NCBI GenBank assembly: GCA_002269645.1
Contig: NIVC01003567.1
Span: 26,928 to 90,927, forward strand
DNA from: Macrostomum lignano
Taxonomy: Eukaryota
Direction of reading: 5' to 3'
DNA: 64,000 nucleotides
Under the pieces are notes generated by a model. It ran no database searches. It was not told the DNA's origin and was given only the letters and a program-made list of their open reading frames with translations. The position numbers were made by a program, and so were the translations under genes. Below are positions 59,601 through 64,000 of the stretch, one piece after another; position 1 is the first letter of the stretch, and each line of letters opens with the position of its first letter.

Positions 59601-62600
59601 ACTTTGATGTGCCGCCTCGATCCACCTCGAATCCTTTGGTGTGCCGCCTCGATCCACCTCGAATCCTTTGGTGTGCCGCCTCGATCCACCTCGAATACTT
59701 TGATGTGCCGCCTCGATCCACCTCGAATACTTTGATGTGCCGCCTCGATCCACCTCGAATACTTTGATGTGCCGCCTCGATCCACCTCGAATACTTTGAT
59801 GTGCCGCCTCGATCCACCTCGAATCCTGTGACCCACCCCGCACTCCAGGTACAGTCCCCGCCCAGCCTGGAGTCCATCCTAAGCAACATGCGCGCCGAGC
59901 AGTCCGAGATCAACTCCCGCCGACTCGAACTCATCGAGGAGTTGAGCAGCTTAGCCCCGCCCAACGCCTGCAAGTCTGGGGTGGCTGCCTGGCACCAAAA
60001 AATGCAGCAAGTTTGCAAGATGCTGGGTAAGTGGCAATCTGCTGTTCTACTAATTAGACTACTAATAGTAACGTGAGGCAACACTCTAAAGCGCAGGGTG
60101 CACACCTGCCCCTGAATTTCTCACGAGGCCTATGGCTACGGACTCTTTAGAGTATAAACTGATGGAAAGTTTTTGAAGGCCTAATTGGCGTAAACCATTA
60201 AAAACCTCTAAGACTCAATCAGTGGCGTGCCCAGGAGTTTTCATTGGAGGGAGTCGCAACCCTAAAGGGCGCCAGCCAATATTTGGTGTCTTGGCGTGCG
60301 CGTCCTTACCCCAGTCTCTTAGGCCGGTGGATGCCACGTCCTAAGACAGCTTAGCTGACTCTTTCAATCTATTTTTTTAAGAAGCGCAATTTTGAATTGG
60401 GGCGATTGGCCCAAGGTTGCGCAGGCCACTGGGGCTCAATGAAGACTTGCCTTGATGATGAAAGCTCTTACTGTAGTAAACTTACGAAACCGGAGACTAA
60501 AAACAACGCATTGCATCCACTGCGGCTTCAGACGAGACCAACCAGAAGTACCTGCAGCAGGTGTACGAAGACTACGAGAGAGTCTGCCAGCACTGCCTGG
60601 AGGCCATGGACCAGCTCAAGCAGGGCCTGGTGAGCGACGGCGTGTCCACTGAGCAGGAGGCGGACGCCATGGTCAAGGAGCGCTGCCTGCCGCTCATCAG
60701 CGCGCAGCAGCGCGTGTTCGAGGAGCGACTGGAGGCTATGGATGTGAGCTGCAGATGGAAATTCTACCCTGAACCCTACCCGGATTTCTCCCATGTCAAA
60801 ATAAAATGCCCAGTAATTTACTCATTTCTACGATAATCTCCCCACAGTAGATTTTCCCAGCTCTCCGAAATCCTACTGGGTTTTCCCCGCCAAATTGGGG
60901 TTGCACAAAATTATCCCTTGGCCTGCATAGAAAACCCCAATTACCCCTTATCGCAGCGTCTATTTGAGGCCAACGCCAAGCGAATCGGCGTCCAGTTGAA
61001 GTCGCTGTACAAGCTGGCACAGGGCGCCGCGCACCTGTGGGATCGGCATCAGCTCGACCTCGCCGGCCTTGAGCGCACCCTGGTAGAGCGCCTGGACGCC
61101 AACCGGGAGCAGCACAACCGGCAGAACCAGGACCGGGAAGCCCAGCTGGACGTCGTGATGGACAAGCTCCGCCAGGAGTCCACGGAGGCCGGCCTGAAGC
61201 ACCAGCTCAGCCGGGCGCTGGACACGCTGAAGGCCATCGAGGGCACGTACCGGAAGTTCAAAGACGAACAACTGGTTGAGGTTCGAACCTACCCGAAACT
61301 GGTCGAAGAAGAGGTCGAAAACCTGGAACGAGCGGTCTGCGAGTACTTCGGACTGGAGAGAGCGGACAAGAAGAAGGTGAGCTTTCTGCAGTGGACTCCC
61401 TCCTCCAATTCACCTTTGATTAGTGGCGACCATAGCGACAAAAGTATGATTCACTTGATCCTTTCATGTTCCGTGTCTCTCAGCAAAACCTTAAATTTAC
61501 TGACTGCAATCTGTGCTTCATTTGATGCACGTTGTGACGCCTCCTGACTCACAGCAGTGACACCTCCTGACACACAGTTGTGGCGCCTCCTGACACACAG
61601 TTGTGGCGCCTCCTGACTCACAGCAGTGACACCTCCTGACACACAGTTGTGGCGCCTCCTGACACACAGTTGTGGCGCCTCCTGACTCACAGCTGTGACA
61701 CCTCCTGACACACAGTTGTGGCGCCTCCTGACACACAGTTGTGGCGCCTCCTGACTCACAGCTGTGACACCTCCTGACACACAGTTGTGGCGCCTCCTGA
61801 CACACAGTTGTGGCGCCTCCTGACTCACAGCTGTGACACCTCCTGACACACAGTTGTGGCGCCTCCTGACTCAGCTGTGACACCTCCTGACGCACAGTTG
61901 TGGCGCCTCCTGACACACAGTTGTGGCGCCTCCTGACACACAGCTGTGACACCTCCTGACACACAGTTGTGGCGCCTCCTGATACACAGTTGTGGCGCCT
62001 CCTGACACACAGTTGTGGCGCCCCCTGACACAGTTGTAGCGCCTCCTGACACACAGTTATTGCACCCTGACTCGCATTTTTGCCCTCCAGAAACCCAGTT
62101 TTGGGGCTTCCCTGACGAATCAATTTCCTCTGACTATATTTATGATTTTCAATTGACTTAACCGCCTCCGACTTTGTCTGAATTGTTTGGTCAATCAGTC
62201 GGATTCCGAGGAGGCCTCAGAGCCCGATAATGCCGACACAGCCCCCCAGCCTTATCAGGCTGACAGAGTGGGCGCTGGGTCTCAACCGGACGCTCAGCAG
62301 CAGGTTGGTTGCAGACGTTGTCAAATTTTCCCGTATAGTTTTACTATCGCTGCAATCCTTCCTGCACTGCCTTAAACATTTTTTGCGATACACAAAAACT
62401 CATTTTGTACCTGCATGTCACAGTGAGAAAACTCTATTTAAATCTTTAACTTATTTTTTCCACTGTACTTCTTTAGCTCCTACAATTTAATCGGAAATCA
62501 CACTCACGTATTTTCACAATAATTCTGTGCTGCATATTTATACAATTGGAATTTATATACGGACCTATTAGAAACTCAATATTGGCCATTTGCTAAAATT

Positions 62601-64000
62601 TTCTAATAAAATGCATTTACTTCTACTTTCTTATGGGCATACGAGTGCGCACGAATTCCTAAATTTTTTTGCTGCGCCAAAATCTTCTATACGACGTAGT
62701 TTTAAAACAGACAGTCCAAGCCGTAAATTCCTGGATAATTTAGCAAACTTAGTGCGTAAACAACTTGTTTTCGATGCAGTCTGTTATGATGTACTTTAGC
62801 GAGCACCACTGAGAATGTACATGGCTGAGGGAGGCAATAAAATGGGGATGGGGACGCTCCCGGGTACGGAGAGAGGGAGGAGAGGCTGCGTGCGGTCAGA
62901 GGGTTTGAACTGGGGGTAAGAGGAGATCGATAAATGAACCAATAGGAAGTCACGAGGAGGAAAGAGAGGATTGCATTGTACATAGCGTAGTCAAAGATGT
63001 GCTAAATAAAATCAATTATAAAATTTACTTCGCGCGGAAATTTAACCTAAAAACTCCAATTAGACGCCCAATCGAAAGTAGCTTAGCATGGTTCATTTAG
63101 TCCAGCTATTAATCGTTTTACAACACTTAAATTTTACTTCGTATCCTGAGGGGTTGTTGCCTGAGGGGTTGTAGCCTGAGGGGTTGTAGCCTGAGGGTTG
63201 CTGCCTGAGGGGTTGTAGCCTGAGGGGTTGTAGCCTGAGGGGTTGCTGCCTGAGGGGTTGTAGCCTGAGGGGTTGTAGCCTGAGGGGTTGCTGCCTGAGG
63301 GGTTGTAGCCTGAGGGGTTGTAGCCTGAGGGTTGCTGCCTGAGGGGTTGTAGTGAGTGGTTGTAGCCTGAGGGGTTGTAGCCTGAGGGGTTGTAGCCTGA
63401 GGGGTTGTAGCCTGAGGGGTTGTAGCCTGAGGGGTTGTAGCCTGAGGGGTTGTAGCCTGAGGGGTTGTAGCCTGAGGGGTTGTAGCCTGAGGGGGTTGTA
63501 GCCTAGTTGTTAGGGCGTCGGACTCGCGACTTGAAGGTCGGGGGTTCGATTCCCGATCCCTTGTGTCCATTGTGTCCTTGAGCAAGACACTTAACTCTGC
63601 ATTGCTTCAGTTCACCCAGCTGTAAAATGGGTGCCAGCATTAGCTGGGGGTAATAAGGCGACCCCCGGTCCTACGCCAGAGACGACAGAGCCTCCTACAG
63701 CCGTACGCAGCCTTCAGATGCGCCGCGCAATAGCTGCGACTGAGCTGTCGGTTGCACATCTGGCCCAATTGGGGCAGGTGTAATCAGTGTAATCACAATA
63801 ATAATTTCTACTATTTTAGTTTCCAAACTATTTTAGCTCAGAGGCTCAATGTTTTGCATTGAAGTCAGTGTTCTGCATATTACGATCTATTATTCTTAAC
63901 CTTCTAAATCACCTGACCGGTTTTACTTCAGGTGGAGAAGAAGAAAGTCAAAGCGAATCTGAAGCCGGCGGAGCTCGCCAAGATCAAAGCCGCGCAGGAG
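56669..64000 (+). CDS. CCDC180: CCDC180/CFAP76-like coiled-coil protein, 3' end outside the window; exons 56669-57181, 57940-58267, 58695-59002, 59849-60026, 60532-60743, 60957-61376, 62199-62303, 63932->64000
   Basis: EVYRQLFEAQVQL, ENPVV and HRIVDDEAVQMNQTLLGNQRSFADL...W match the recalled CCDC180 N-terminal (DUF4455) sequence; all splice phases agree. Confidence 0.82.
57558..57870 (+). mobile_element. tRNA-headed CORE-type SINE, copy 1 (more diverged)
   Basis: A box tagccgagtg, B box ggttcgattct, core gtgtcgttgagcaagacacttaac...tgtaatatggg; colinear with copy 2. Confidence 0.82.
59120..59825. repeat. Intronic minisatellite, 32-bp unit gtgccgcctcgatccacctcgaatactttgat
   Basis: Tandem copies read directly. 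Confidence 0.96.
61540..62060. repeat. Intronic minisatellite, 23-bp unit cctcctgacacacagttgtggcg
   Basis: Tandem copies read directly. Confidence 0.96.
63145..63495. repeat. 15-bp minisatellite gaggggttgtagcct, identical to the 5' end of the adjacent SINE
   Basis: About 23 copies running directly into the SINE head. Confidence 0.96.
63490..63810 (+). mobile_element. tRNA-headed CORE-type SINE, copy 2
   Basis: A box tagcctagttg (63499), B box ggttcgattcc (63543), MIR-like core gtgtccttgagcaagacacttaac...cagtt...ctgtaaaatggg (63572-63631), structured 3' part, short repeat tail. Confidence 0.86.

Noticed and set aside
60080-60350. Small hairpins and a CAGTGGCGTGCCCAGG transposon-end-like word in a CCDC180 intron
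   Set aside because: No matching second terminus or TSD, and no snoRNA boxes; too weak to call.
63491-63556. tRNA gene (also 57560-57625)
   Set aside because: A and B boxes are present, but no convincing cloverleaf or acceptor stem, and it continues into a SINE core in both copies.

Overview
Eukaryotic (metazoan) nuclear DNA, standard code, GT-AG introns. The GC-rich exons, polyQ/polyA tracts and minisatellite-filled introns resemble a macrostomid flatworm (Macrostomum-like); that organism call is an inference. I reconstructed six spliced host genes by hand and checked splice phases: a tetraspanin (-), a forkhead transcription factor (-), a ~1450-aa protein with five ZC3H7/HELZ2-type zinc-finger modules (-, one probable 1-bp frameshift), an ANKRD10 orthologue (+), a V-ATPase V0 subunit a with mutually exclusive exons (-), and the 5' part of a CCDC180/CFAP76-like gene (+, runs off the window). 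An intron of the zinc-finger gene holds a young Ty3/Gypsy (Mag-like) LTR retrotransposon with identical LTRs, a 5-bp TSD and one nonsense codon. An intact IR/DR-type Tc1 (DD34E) transposon is nested in its 5' LTR, next to a newborn 22-bp minisatellite. Also present: two tRNA-headed CORE-type SINEs, MITEs, a decayed hAT fragment, a strongly CpG-depleted AT-rich block, several RFX X-box motifs and about 30 different minisatellites. Most long ORFs in the supplied track are minisatellite artefacts. The most interesting signals are minisatellites arising at transposon junctions, localized C-to-T decay of old elements, the V-ATPase mutually exclusive exons and the stand-alone zinc-module protein.
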